This document shows, one piece after another, positions 18,788 through 29,100 of a DNA stretch of 64,000 bases. Below the pieces are notes generated by a model, which had not been told where the DNA came from, searched no databases, and worked only from the letters and a program-made list of their open reading frames with translations. Each line of letters begins with the position of its first letter. The first letter of the stretch is position 1. Source of the stretch: Actinomycetes bacterium (lineage in GTDB: Bacteria > Actinomycetota > Actinomycetes > JAHEKZ01); NCBI GenBank assembly GCA_027118455.1, contig JAJAYZ010000091.1, forward strand, positions 416 to 64,415, given 5' to 3'. Both the position numbers and the translations under genes were made by a program.

Positions 18788-19698
18788 CCCGCATAGGTCT
18801 CACCGTCATCGCACTGGTTGCATCGGTTCTCGGAGCGGCTCCGCTGGCAGTGGCCGGCGACGGCGACGTCACGTGCCCACCGAACCAACCGGTTTGCGTC
18901 GTCATCGTTGACGACCCCGGATCACCCGGCACAGGCGGTACGGGTGGTTCGGATGGCTCGGGTACCGGCAGCACCGTCTGCAAGGTGAGCGGAACCGGGG
19001 AGACCGTGCCGTGTTACGACCCGGCCTGGGGATGGTGGAGCAGTGCTGATGACTGTTACTACAAGGAAGTTGTACCTCCTCCGCCCGCGACAGCGCCGCA
19101 GTGGGGCGGGCACTACCCACACGGCAGCATCTACGCGGCGATGTGCCCGGCATCAGGTGGAACCGGGGGAGGTTGGACGTGGTTCGCCGATCCGCCCGAC
19201 GGATACGGCGGGGCCGCACCAACACCGGCAGCGCTTGCGCAACAGGCCATCGACACCATGCGCCTGTCGGGGCCGACCATCGGCATGGCGCCGACTGACG
19301 GCAAGACGGGCCTGGTCGGTCTACCTGTGTGGCTGTGGACCGAGGTGTCGGCAACGACTTGGGGGCCGACGTCCGCCACGGCCTCGATACCGGGCTTGTC
19401 CGTGACGGCCACGGCACGCGCCAAGCAGATTGTTTGGGACATGGGGGATGGGCACACCGTTACATGTATCGGCCCCGGAACTCCGTACACGACATCAAAG
19501 GGCGACGCCCAGTCACCGACGTGCGGCCATGTGTACACCCGTTCATCGGCGTCGCAGCCGGACCACCTCTACACGGTCACGGCAACAAGCACCTGGATCG
19601 TCAACTGGTCCGGCGGCGGACAGTCCGGCCAACTCGCAGTGCCGCGTAGCTCAACGGCTCTGGTGCGAATCGGCGAGCTCCAAGTGCTCGTGTCCTAA
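18781..19698 (+). CDS. Secreted Gly/Thr-rich protein with signal peptide
   Basis: N-terminal signal MLTRIGLTVIALVASVLGAAPLAVAG. Translationally coupled to the upstream lipoprotein. Confidence 0.5.
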   Translation: MLTRIGLTVIALVASVLGAAPLAVAGDGDVTCPPNQPVCVVIVDDPGSPGTGGTGGSDGSGTGSTVCKVSGTGETVPCYDPAWGWWSSADDCYYKEVVPPPPATAPQWGGHYPHGSIYAAMCPASGGTGGGWTWFADPPDGYGGAAPTPAALAQQAIDTMRLSGPTIGMAPTDGKTGLVGLPVWLWTEVSATTWGPTSATASIPGLSVTATARAKQIVWDMGDGHTVTCIGPGTPYTTSKGDAQSPTCGHVYTRSSASQPDHLYTVTATSTWIVNWSGGGQSGQLAVPRSSTALVRIGELQVLVS

Positions 19699-19733
19699 CC
19701 CAGCTCGCAAAGGCAAGCAACGGAGGAGGCGCA

Positions 19734-20426
19734 ATGACGACGGCGACCAACGGGTCCAGATCGCCCCAAGCACCCACGACCACGCCGTCGTCGGCCCGTC
19801 CCATGCCTGTCGCACCGCGCGTGGCCACACCCAAAGGCCGGCGCCGACCAGGACTCCTTACGCTAGGGATCGCACTCGTTGCGGTCGGAGCGCTGGCGGC
19901 GGTGTGGCTGGTGAACTCTGCCGGGCAACGAACACCGGTGATAACTGTCGTCCGCGAAGTGCCCTATGGATCGGTGGTCACCGAGGCCGATCTCGGAACC
20001 GCAAACGTCTCGGTCGATGCGACTGTGCAGACCATCCCAGCCAGTGAGGCAAGCACCATCGTGGGCAGTGTCGCTGCGACAAACCTGGTCGCTGGCTCAC
20101 TGCTTGGGCCTGCGCAACTGACGACCACTGCACCGCCGGGGACCGATGAAGTACTCGTAGCTGTCGCCATTCCAGCGACCCGGATGCCCGCCGGTGGGCT
20201 CCAAGCCGGAGACAACGTGCTGGTCGTCGACACACCCAACCCAGACGCAGCCCCCTCCGGTGAACCACCTGGAACGATCCCAGCAACGGTCGTGCGACTG
20301 GGACCAGCTGACGTAAACGGCATCACCGTCGTCGACGTCACAGTCGCAACAGGTGACGGTCCGGCGCTGGCTGCCCGATCAGCCACAGGGCGGATCGCGT
20401 TAGTCATCCAACCGAGTGACGGCTGA
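19734..20426 (+). CDS. cpaB: Flp pilus assembly protein CpaB/RcpC-like (SAF domain)
   Basis: N-terminal TM helix then a SAF-like beta-rich domain. It lies directly upstream of a tad locus. Confidence 0.6.
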   Translation: MTTATNGSRSPQAPTTTPSSARPMPVAPRVATPKGRRRPGLLTLGIALVAVGALAAVWLVNSAGQRTPVITVVREVPYGSVVTEADLGTANVSVDATVQTIPASEASTIVGSVAATNLVAGSLLGPAQLTTTAPPGTDEVLVAVAIPATRMPAGGLQAGDNVLVVDTPNPDAAPSGEPPGTIPATVVRLGPADVNGITVVDVTVATGDGPALAARSATGRIALVIQPSDG

Positions 20427-21270
20427 CATGACCGTCATTGCGCTCGCGTCCTCAAAGGGCTCTCCCGGTGTGACGACGACTGCATTGGCGTTGGCGTGGG
20501 TGTGGCCCGAAGTCGCGACCTCCCGGCGCGTACTGGTCGTCGATGCGGACGTAGCCGGTGGTGACATCACCACTGGTTACCTACGGGGAGCGGTGACCTC
20601 AACCGACGGCCTGCTGGGATTGTCCAGCGACCGAAGCGGCGACGCGACGGCTGCACTTTGGGGCCACCTGATCGCCCTCGACGACGATGCGACCCGGCTG
20701 CTGCTAACTGGCGTCAGCGACCCAGCGCAGGCGCGCTCGCTCGTCGGCACCTGGCCCAACCTGGCCAGCGTGTTTGCGAAGCTTGATGAAGAGGACGCAC
20801 CCGTCGACGTCATTGTGGACCTCGGTCGTATTGGCTCCGCGCACGAGGCCGCAGTCCTACGACAGCGAGCTGACCACGTCCTGCTGGTGATGCGATCGTC
20901 GCTCACATCGACGGCATCCGCCCGGTCGGCGGTGCGCCGACTTGCAGAGGAGCGAAGTGCAGCTCAGAACGAACTGCTCGGTTTCGGCTGTCTACTCGTT
21001 GGCGAGTGCCAGCCATACAACCGTGCGGAGATCACCGCTGCGGTCGAAGCCCCGGTCGTGGCGACTATCGCGTGGGATCCGGCTGCGGCTGAGGTGTTCT
21101 CGACGGGATCGCCCGCCGGTTGGCGGTTCAGCCGATCCCCGTTGCTGCGCTCAGTCCGAGCTACGGCTGCCGCCCTCCTCCCTGCAACCACGCCAACACA
21201 GGTGCCCTCGGCGCAACGTGAACCGATACCGGCGGTCAGCGGAGCTCACGGTCGGGGAGTGGCGACATGA
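20416..21270 (+). CDS. CpaE/TadZ-like (degenerate ParA/MinD-fold) pilus assembly protein
   Basis: IALASSKGSPGVTTTALALAW is a degenerate deviant-Walker-A region, as in mycobacterial Ssd/CpaE-like proteins. It precedes tadA. Confidence 0.6.
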   Translation: MTADMTVIALASSKGSPGVTTTALALAWVWPEVATSRRVLVVDADVAGGDITTGYLRGAVTSTDGLLGLSSDRSGDATAALWGHLIALDDDATRLLLTGVSDPAQARSLVGTWPNLASVFAKLDEEDAPVDVIVDLGRIGSAHEAAVLRQRADHVLLVMRSSLTSTASARSAVRRLAEERSAAQNELLGFGCLLVGECQPYNRAEITAAVEAPVVATIAWDPAAAEVFSTGSPAGWRFSRSPLLRSVRATAAALLPATTPTQVPSAQREPIPAVSGAHGRGVAT

Positions 21271-22745
21271 CAGAACAACTGCGCGCCTGGGACGTCGACC
21301 CTCTTGTCCATCCCGTGGGCCATGGCACATGGTCGGCGGAGGTGGTGACCTCCGAATGGCCGGATCCGCAAGCGTCCCCCGAGCCTGCGGGTGTCGACCA
21401 CGCGGTCGTGCGGGACACCCGCCGCCAGATCGCTGAGCAACTCGCCGCCCGGCTACAGATCGAATCGATCAGCGATGCATCTGCGCGACGCGAGCTCTGC
21501 CGATCACTGCTAGCCGATCTGCTCACCACGCAGGCGCGTGAGCTTGTTCGGGCTGGGCTCGACGCACGGACCGTTGAGGAGGAATACGCGCTAGCCGACG
21601 CGGTCATGGCCGCGCTGTTCGGACTTGGCCGACTCCAACCCCTCGTCGACGACCCGGACGTCGAGAACATCGAGGTGAACGGACACGACCAGGTCTGGGT
21701 GTCCTACGCCGACGGCCGCGAGGAGCCAGGTCCACCAGTGGCCGACTCCGACGAGGAACTCATCGAGCACCTCCAGCTTTTGGCGGCCCGGGTCGGCGGT
21801 TCCGAGCGGACTTTCTCCACAGCCAACCCGCGGCTGCACCTCCGGCTCGAGGACGGCTCACGACTTGCGGCGATGGCGTGGACGACGCCGCGTCCCCAGG
21901 TCGTCGTCCGCCGCCATCGTGTCCGCGACGTCGACCTCGACGACCTGATCGAGCTCGGAACCCTCGACACCTCGCTCGTCGCGTTCCTGCGGGCAGCGCT
22001 GCGGGCCGGGAAGAACATCGTTGTCACCGGCCTGCAGAACGCCGGCAAGACGACCCTCATCCGCGCGCTCGCCAATGAGTTCCCACCGATGGAGCGGTTC
22101 GCCACGATCGAGCGCGAGTACGAACTGCACTTACATGAGATGCCCGAGCGACATCCGCGAGTGGTTGCCATGGAGGCGCGCGAGGGGAGTAGTGAGAAGG
22201 ATGCCGCCGGTCGCCGTGCCGGGGAGGTCACCCTGTACGACCTTGTGGTGGATTCGCTGAGGATGAATCTGCGGCGCATCATCGTCGGCGAGGTCCGCGG
22301 CAGTGAGGCCATCCCGATGCTTGAGGCAATGAGCACCGGTGATGGGTCGCTGTGCACCGTCCACGCCAGAACCGCCCACCACGCCCTCGACCGGCTGGTC
22401 ACTTTGTGCCTGTCTGCCGACATCGGTATGACCGACGTCTTCTCCTACCGACTCGTCTCCGGGTCCGTCGACTTCCTGGTTCACATCGATCTGCTTGACG
22501 AATCCGCGATCGGCGGCCGCCGACATCGGTTCGTCTCAGAGGTTCTGGAGATCAACGGGATGGGCGAAGGGGGACGCCCGACGATCACTACCGTGTTTGG
22601 TCCCGGTTCGGACGGTCGCGCGGTTCCCACACATGCTCCGGCGTGCTTACCCGAGTTGCTCCGGGTCGGCTTCGACCCCGCGTTCCTTGATGCGCGCCTG
22701 GGCACGTGGCCGGCACCGCTGCACACGGTTGGGATGACGCTGTGA
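21267..22745 (+). CDS. tadA: TadA/CpaF type II/IV secretion ATPase
   Basis: Walker A GLQNAGKTTL and the conserved RRIIVGEVRGSEA box. Confidence 0.85.
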   Translation: MTEQLRAWDVDPLVHPVGHGTWSAEVVTSEWPDPQASPEPAGVDHAVVRDTRRQIAEQLAARLQIESISDASARRELCRSLLADLLTTQARELVRAGLDARTVEEEYALADAVMAALFGLGRLQPLVDDPDVENIEVNGHDQVWVSYADGREEPGPPVADSDEELIEHLQLLAARVGGSERTFSTANPRLHLRLEDGSRLAAMAWTTPRPQVVVRRHRVRDVDLDDLIELGTLDTSLVAFLRAALRAGKNIVVTGLQNAGKTTLIRALANEFPPMERFATIEREYELHLHEMPERHPRVVAMEAREGSSEKDAAGRRAGEVTLYDLVVDSLRMNLRRIIVGEVRGSEAIPMLEAMSTGDGSLCTVHARTAHHALDRLVTLCLSADIGMTDVFSYRLVSGSVDFLVHIDLLDESAIGGRRHRFVSEVLEINGMGEGGRPTITTVFGPGSDGRAVPTHAPACLPELLRVGFDPAFLDARLGTWPAPLHTVGMTL

Positions 22746-23674
22746 CGGCACTGATAGCGGCGATGACGGGCGCGGCCATCGTGGCCGGACTGCTCGTCAT
22801 CGTCGCCGGGTTGCGACGTGTACCCGCGGACGCACATCACCGCCTGCGGATACCAATCGGCATGAAGGGTGGAACTCGGTGGCGGGCCACCACCCCGTGG
22901 TCGCGGTGGCGCGGTCCAGTCGCGTTGGGGGCAGCCGCGCTGGCGTGGTTGCTGAGCGGCTGGCCCGTCGCCGGCCTGATCGTCGCGCTCACCATCTGGG
23001 GGCTGCCCGTTCTGCTGTCGACGTCGCGGGATGTAGCCCACGCTATTGACCGGATAGAGGCAGTCGAGGAGTGGGCTAGACGCCTTGGCGATGTCCTCGT
23101 TGTTGGCGTCGGACTCGAGCAGGCCATCACGGCGACGGTGCGAACCTGTCCTGAGCCGGTGCAGCCGGAGGTCTCAGCGTTGTCGGCGCGGCTGACCGCA
23201 CGTTGGCCGACCGAGTCAGCGCTGCGCGCGTTTGCCGATGACCTCGACGATGCCACCGGGGACCTGATCGCTGCGACCCTGATCCTCGGCGCCCGCCGTC
23301 GAGGTCCTGGTTTGGCCCGAGTGATGGCCGCCGTCGCGGACTCAGTTGCCGAGGAAGTGGCCATGCGCCGCAAGGTGGAGGCAGAACGAGCCAAACCCCG
23401 TGCGACCGCCCGCGCGGTCACCCTGATTACGTTGGGCGTAGTCGCGATCGGTGCGCTCAACGGCACCTACCTGACGCCATATCGCACCACATTGGGGCAG
23501 CTCGTCCTCGTCGCGATCACGCTCGGGTTCGTCGGGGCGCTCGCATGGATGCGCGCACTGACTCTGACCAAACCCGAACCGCGATTCCTCGTCAGTCATG
23601 TGAGACGTGGCCACGGGCGATCCGCCCCGACTCCTGAGGACTCCGACGTACCAAGTCACGCGGAGTTGACGTGA
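22742..23674 (+). CDS. tadB: TadB (type II secretion system F-family) membrane protein
   Basis: Polytopic membrane protein following tadA. The GTG at 22742 overlaps the tadA stop (GTGA). An alternative ATG lies at 22706. Confidence 0.75.
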   Translation: MTALIAAMTGAAIVAGLLVIVAGLRRVPADAHHRLRIPIGMKGGTRWRATTPWSRWRGPVALGAAALAWLLSGWPVAGLIVALTIWGLPVLLSTSRDVAHAIDRIEAVEEWARRLGDVLVVGVGLEQAITATVRTCPEPVQPEVSALSARLTARWPTESALRAFADDLDDATGDLIAATLILGARRRGPGLARVMAAVADSVAEEVAMRRKVEAERAKPRATARAVTLITLGVVAIGALNGTYLTPYRTTLGQLVLVAITLGFVGALAWMRALTLTKPEPRFLVSHVRRGHGRSAPTPEDSDVPSHAELT

Positions 23675-24567
23675 TCAGCGCACCGGTCGTCCTCGCGGGT
23701 GCCTGCGTCGGCGCTGGGATCACCCTCGTGGTCCGTTCCCTGGTGCAGCCAGCCCCTGATCTGCGGTCGGCACTCGAGCACATCGACGGCGTCGGTCAGA
23801 CGCTGCCCGTCAGCCGAGATAAGACTCTGCCTGGTCAGTTGGGTCAGGTGGCCGCGCGGACGGCTCCGCGCATCGTCGAATCCCTCGGGCTTCGCCGATT
23901 CCACGCGGACCTCGAACTGGTTGGCGAAACGCCCGAGACCTTCGCAATGCGCAAGGTTGGTTACGCACTGCTCGGGCTGGCGTTCCCTGTCCTGATGGTG
24001 ATCCTGATGGCGGCCATGGGGGTGCTGCCACCGTTGGTCATCCCGTTGGTTGCTTCGTTGGCGTTGGCCACTGTGCTGTTCTTCGTCCCCGATGTGGACC
24101 TTCACAGGAGAGCCGCGACCGCCCGCGACGAGCTGCGTCGCGTTGTCTGCGCCTACCTCGAACTCGTTGCCCTTGAACGTGCAGGTGACGCTGGCACGGT
24201 CGAGGCACTCGAACGGGCTGCCACGGTTGGTAACTCACCCGGCTTTGTCCTCATCCGTGATGCCCTGACTGGCGCTGAACTCGCCGGCAAACCGCCGTGG
24301 CAAGGCCTTAGCGAGCTTGCCGATGATGTGGGTGTCCCCGAGCTGGGTGACATCGCCGACATCATGCGGATATCCGGGGAGGATGGCGCCGCGGTCTACG
24401 CAACGCTGCGCGCCCGTGCTGCCTCGCTGCGTACCCAACTCCTGACCGCCAGCGCCGCCCAAGCGAACGCGGCGTCCGAGCACATGATTGTCCCTGTCGC
24501 GCTGCTCGGTATCGCGTTCATGGCCCTCATCGGCTACCCGGCTTTCGCACGCATCCTTTTCGGCTGA
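23671..24567 (+). CDS. tadC: TadC (GspF-like) membrane protein
   Basis: Second GspF-like polytopic membrane protein. Its start overlaps the tadB stop. Confidence 0.75.
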   Translation: MISAPVVLAGACVGAGITLVVRSLVQPAPDLRSALEHIDGVGQTLPVSRDKTLPGQLGQVAARTAPRIVESLGLRRFHADLELVGETPETFAMRKVGYALLGLAFPVLMVILMAAMGVLPPLVIPLVASLALATVLFFVPDVDLHRRAATARDELRRVVCAYLELVALERAGDAGTVEALERAATVGNSPGFVLIRDALTGAELAGKPPWQGLSELADDVGVPELGDIADIMRISGEDGAAVYATLRARAASLRTQLLTASAAQANAASEHMIVPVALLGIAFMALIGYPAFARILFG

Positions 24568-24613
24568 CCCCATGAAACAACAGGAGCACGACCCAAACAA
24601 AGGGAGACTGGAT

Positions 24614-24832
24614 ATGAGCGACGAACTGATCCATCCCACCTACATCGTGCTGCGTGGGCTCGCCGAACGGGCTCGAACTGGCGTGACACAAAGAGTGCGC
24701 GGAGCGGAACCTGACAGTGGGGTTTCGACTCTGGAAATGGTGATTATCGCGCTCGGGTTGGTCGCGGTCGCCACCTTGCTGGTCACTGCCATCACCGTCG
24801 CGGTCACCCGTCGCACCGACCAGATCAAGTAG
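24614..24832 (+). CDS. flp: Flp-family type IVb pilin
   Basis: ...GAEPDSGVSTLEMVIIALGLVAVATLLVTAI matches the Flp prepilin G/(V)ST-x-E-x-hydrophobic core. An RBS agggag lies upstream. Confidence 0.65.
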   Translation: MSDELIHPTYIVLRGLAERARTGVTQRVRGAEPDSGVSTLEMVIIALGLVAVATLLVTAITVAVTRRTDQIK

Positions 24833-24846
24833 CTGGTCCCTCCCAC

Positions 24847-25269
24847 ATGTTCCGACGCCGATGTCAGCCTCTTGAACCTCACCGGGCGCGTGACCGCGGC
24901 TCGGCGAGTTTAGAGATCGCCATCTTGGCCCCGGCGTTGCTGTTCCTCATCTTCAGCATCGTGCAGGCAGGGCTGTGGTTCTACGCCCGCAGTCTCGCCC
25001 TGGCCGCCGCACAAGAGGGCGTCACCTCCGGCCGCGCTTACGGCGCCGATCCTGACACCGGGATCAGTCGCGCCGAGTCATTCCTCGACCAGCAGGCGGG
25101 GGACTCACTCACGCGAACCTCGGTGAGCAGTGCCGGCAGCACTGCGACCACGGTCCGCATCGAGGTCTCCGGTCGTGCACTCTCAGTACTGCCCGGAGTG
25201 CCGGGCCTTGAGGTCACGCAGTCCGCGGTCGGGTCAGTCGAACGCTTTACGACGGATACCACCCCATGA
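24847..25269 (+). CDS. TadE-like pilus assembly protein
   Basis: N-terminal GSASLEIAILAPALLFLIFSIVQ is the TadE-type pseudopilin-like segment. Confidence 0.65.
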   Translation: MFRRRCQPLEPHRARDRGSASLEIAILAPALLFLIFSIVQAGLWFYARSLALAAAQEGVTSGRAYGADPDTGISRAESFLDQQAGDSLTRTSVSSAGSTATTVRIEVSGRALSVLPGVPGLEVTQSAVGSVERFTTDTTP

Positions 25270-25697
25270 CGACGAACCGTCGTCGCCGCGACACAGGCAG
25301 CATCACCCTGGAACTGACGATCCTCGCCCCCGCCGTGCTTGCGCTGCTGGGACTGGTCATCGTTGGCGGACGCATCGAGATCGCTGGTGGGGCTGTCGAA
25401 CAGGCGTCGGCAGCCGCCGCACGTGAAGCGTCGCTCGCCAGGTCCCCGGAAGCCGCACGTCAGGCAGCCACCCGCGCGGCGATGGACAACCTAAGCGACC
25501 AGGACCTGCACTGCACCGATCTCGTCGTGGTCGTCGACTCCGCCGAATTCTCCGTGCCAGTGGGAAGCCCCGCATACGTCAGTGCCCGAGTGTCGTGCAC
25601 GGTCGAGCTGGGCGACATCAGCGTTCCCGGCATGCCCGGTAGCCGCACTCTGACGTCAGAGACGCAAAGCACCCTCGACAGGTACCGATCACGATGA
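25266..25697 (+). CDS. TadE-like pilus assembly protein
   Basis: N-terminal GSITLELTILAPAVLALLGLVIV. Confidence 0.65.
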   Translation: MTTNRRRRDTGSITLELTILAPAVLALLGLVIVGGRIEIAGGAVEQASAAAAREASLARSPEAARQAATRAAMDNLSDQDLHCTDLVVVVDSAEFSVPVGSPAYVSARVSCTVELGDISVPGMPGSRTLTSETQSTLDRYRSR

Positions 25698-26140
25698 CCA
25701 CCGTCCGCGAGCGCTCGCATCCACCTCGGTCAGACTCGGGGTCGGTGACGCTGTTCCTCGTCATCTCCGTCGTGGGACTCCTTGCGCTGGTTGGGCTCGT
25801 CGTTGACGGCGGAGCGAAGGTCCGGGCCGTCCAGCGCGCTGACACCTTGGCCGCCGAAGCTGGCCGAGCCGGTGGCCAAGCCATCAACGTCCCCGCGGCC
25901 ATCACAGGTGACGCTCCGACTGTCGATGCCCGCGCGGCCGTTGCCGCAGCTCACGACTACCTCACCCAAAACGGTGTCAACGGAACTGTCACGGTCACGG
26001 ACGCCGGACGCACCCTCATCGTCACAGTTACCTCGACAACAGAGACGATTTTCTTGGGGATCATCGGAATCAACGCTATGACCGTGCACGGCCACGCCCA
26101 GGTCACACTGGTCCGTGGTGTCACAGGAGCCGAGACATGA
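25694..26140 (+). CDS. TadE/TadG-like pilus assembly protein
   Basis: N-terminal GSVTLFLVISVVGLLALVGLVVDGG. Same organisation as the mycobacterial tad operon tail. Confidence 0.6.
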   Translation: MTTVRERSHPPRSDSGSVTLFLVISVVGLLALVGLVVDGGAKVRAVQRADTLAAEAGRAGGQAINVPAAITGDAPTVDARAAVAAAHDYLTQNGVNGTVTVTDAGRTLIVTVTSTTETIFLGIIGINAMTVHGHAQVTLVRGVTGAET

Positions 26141-29100
26141 GCACCCACATTCCAGGTCCCCTCCACTCCAAGCGGCGCAGTGGAACTGAGACCGACCCCG
26201 TGCCGGTCGCGTCCCGGCGGACTGCCGCGGACGTGGTCCGGGGCGTCGGAGCCTTGACGCTGTTGACCTCGCTCGTGGTTGGCATCCCTGCTGTGTTGGT
26301 TCTCGCCTCACCAGTCAGATCGTTGACGCTGCCAAGCTGGACCGGGATCACCGACGCGCTCACCGGACCGGACGATGGGCACTTGTTCCTGACAACGCTG
26401 GCGATTGTCGCCTGGCTGGCGTGGGCCGCCTTCACCGTTAGTGTCGCGATCGAAGTGGTCGCCGTCGTCCGAGGCTTGCCCAGCCCACGACTGCCACTAC
26501 TCCGCGTCCCGCAGCGCGCTGCCTCAACGCTCGTCGCCGCGGCGGCAGTGGTACTAACGGTTCAGCCGCTCCCAACGGGTCCTTCAACGGCCCACGCGGT
26601 TCCCACCTCATTCGCGAACAATGCGCAACACACGCACGCGGTTTCAGTGGACCGCGGACCAAGTAGGGCGTCAGTACTTCCCCCGAGGAGGGTTTCCCTG
26701 GCAGCCCCGGCTGACACGGGCCTTCGTGCGAACTTGTCTCCGACCTCGCGAGCCGCCGAAGTTCGAAGCCCGCTGCATGCCACCGTCACGGTTCGTCGCG
26801 GCGACACCCTGTGGGCACTAGCCGAGCAGCACCTGGGTTCAGGTAGCCGCTACCGGGAGATCGCAAAGCTCAACTACGGTCGCGTCCAACCGGACGGCCG
26901 CACCCTCACCGATGCGCACTGGATTTACCCCGGTTGGGTACTGCAAGTTCCCCCTGATGCCACCGGCGTCCGGCAGGGTGTTGTGGATGAGCCGGCCGTA
27001 GAGGATGAGCCGGCGCCTGCGACAGAAAGCAGCTACACCGTCCGACCCGGCGACACCCTCTGGGGAATCGCCGAGCAGCGCGTCGGTGATCCACGGCGGT
27101 ATCGCGACATCTACGAACTCAACGCCGGACAGCCGCAGGACATCGGCGGGCACCTGGCCGACCCCGCTGTGCTCATCCCCGGATGGGTCCTCCGCATCCC
27201 GGCGACCGACCCAGCAGTCCAAAACACTCGCCCGCAGGCGGAGCCAAGGCTGACACCCCCTGTCATTCCCCCGAAACCAAATCCGGCGGTGTCGGACCGG
27301 CCCGACCGGCCAACCGTTCAGCCGTCCCCGCCCAGCGCGGGGGAGGGTGATCCCGTCGACGCGATCGGTTCCTCGCCGAGCACGGACGACCTCGACGAAT
27401 CCTCATTTCCGCTGAATCAGCTAGCTCTCGGTATGACGGTGCTCGCCTCGGCTGGGCTGATCGGCGAAGTGGCCCGCCGACGTCGGCGACAGCAACGGCT
27501 TCGTCAACCGGGAAACCGCATCGCGCTTCCCGACAGGGAGGCGGCCGTCGTCGAACAAGCGCTACACGTTGCACAAGACCCGGTCACGGTCGAGACACTC
27601 AGAACTGCACTTGGTGCTTTGGCGACCAACTGCCGCACGAACGGCAGGGACTTGCCGCGGATTCTAGCGGTCAAGGTCTCGTCGGATCGCCTCGACCTGC
27701 TCACTGACGAACCGGACGATGCCGTCGAGCCGTTCGTGTCGGTCGGAAACGGGACCTGGCGACTGGACCGATCTAAACCCACCGGCGGCCGGAACGATGG
27801 TGACCTTCCTAACCCTTACCCGGCGCTCGTCACGGTGGGGGTCGCAGACGATTCTGTGGAGTTGGTCAACCTCGAGGCCGCGGGAACACTGACCATGGTG
27901 GGGGAGAGTCACGTTGTCAACGAAGTGATTCGTGCGTTGGTGGTGGAGCTGGCAACCAGCAACCTCACTACTGGAACGACCCTGGTTCTCCCTGAGTCAT
28001 TGTCTGAGTTGGCCGATAGCACCGACGCCAGTCGCGTTCAATGCGCATCAGATGGGGAAGCAGCGCATCGAGCCCGGACGCGGGCCGCGAACGTCGCCGC
28101 GCTCCTGACCGACTCGGGGGCCGCCGACCTCCATGATGCGCGGTCTCGTGGCGTGGCTGCTGACACTTGGACTCCGGAGATCTTCGTCGCGTCTGCGCCG
28201 ATCGATGCTGAACCTTGGTCTGGTATCGCGGTCATCGGTGGCGGCGAAGAAGCCAGGTCCGGTTGGACTTTGAAAGTCGACTCCGGCGGTCGCGGGAGAC
28301 TCGACCCGCTCGGTATCAGCATTGACGTGTCTCGGCTGAACACCGATGACTACGGCTCCGTGACCAAGCTGCTGAAGTCCTCCGACGTTGGCTCTGAACC
28401 GTCCGTGCCAGAGCCAAGTGCTGATGGGCTCGACGGGGTTAGCCAGGTCGCCACCCAGGATCTTCCACAGGCCGTCCTCACTGCGCTTCCGCTTCCGCCC
28501 CAAGGCCTCCCGAGGGTCGTCGGCGAAGAGTCGGAAGTGAACAAGGCGCCCCGAGTGAACGTTCTCGGCAGAGTTGAGATCGCGGGGCTTTTGGCAGGAG
28601 CGTCGAGTAATCGACGGGCTCGAGCCACGGAGTTCGTTGCCTACCTTGCCCTTCACCCGGGTGCCAGCGCTCATGAGATCGACGAGGCCATCTGGCCCGG
28701 CCGACGGGTCGCGAAGGAGATGCGAAATTCCTTCGTGTCTCGCGTCCGTCATTGGCTGGGCAACGACTCTGACGGCCAACTGTTTCTTCCGTTGGTTGGG
28801 GACCATGGCGACTACCGACTGAGCCCCGAGTTCGATTGCGACTGGCACGTCTTCCTCCGTCTGGCTCGCGAGGGTCTCGCCAGGGGTCCCAATGGAGCCG
28901 ACCTGCTAGAGCAAGCATTAACGCTCGTGCGTGGCCGCCCGTTCCTTGGCGTCGACCCCACGACATACATCTGGGCGGAGGCGGACGCCCAGGAGATGGT
29001 CAGCGCTGTCGTCGACGTCGCCCATGTGCTGTCAGCGCTCCAACTCGGTCTCGGGGATTCTCGCGCGGCCCAGGACGCGGCTTCCCGGGGGCTCCTCGCC

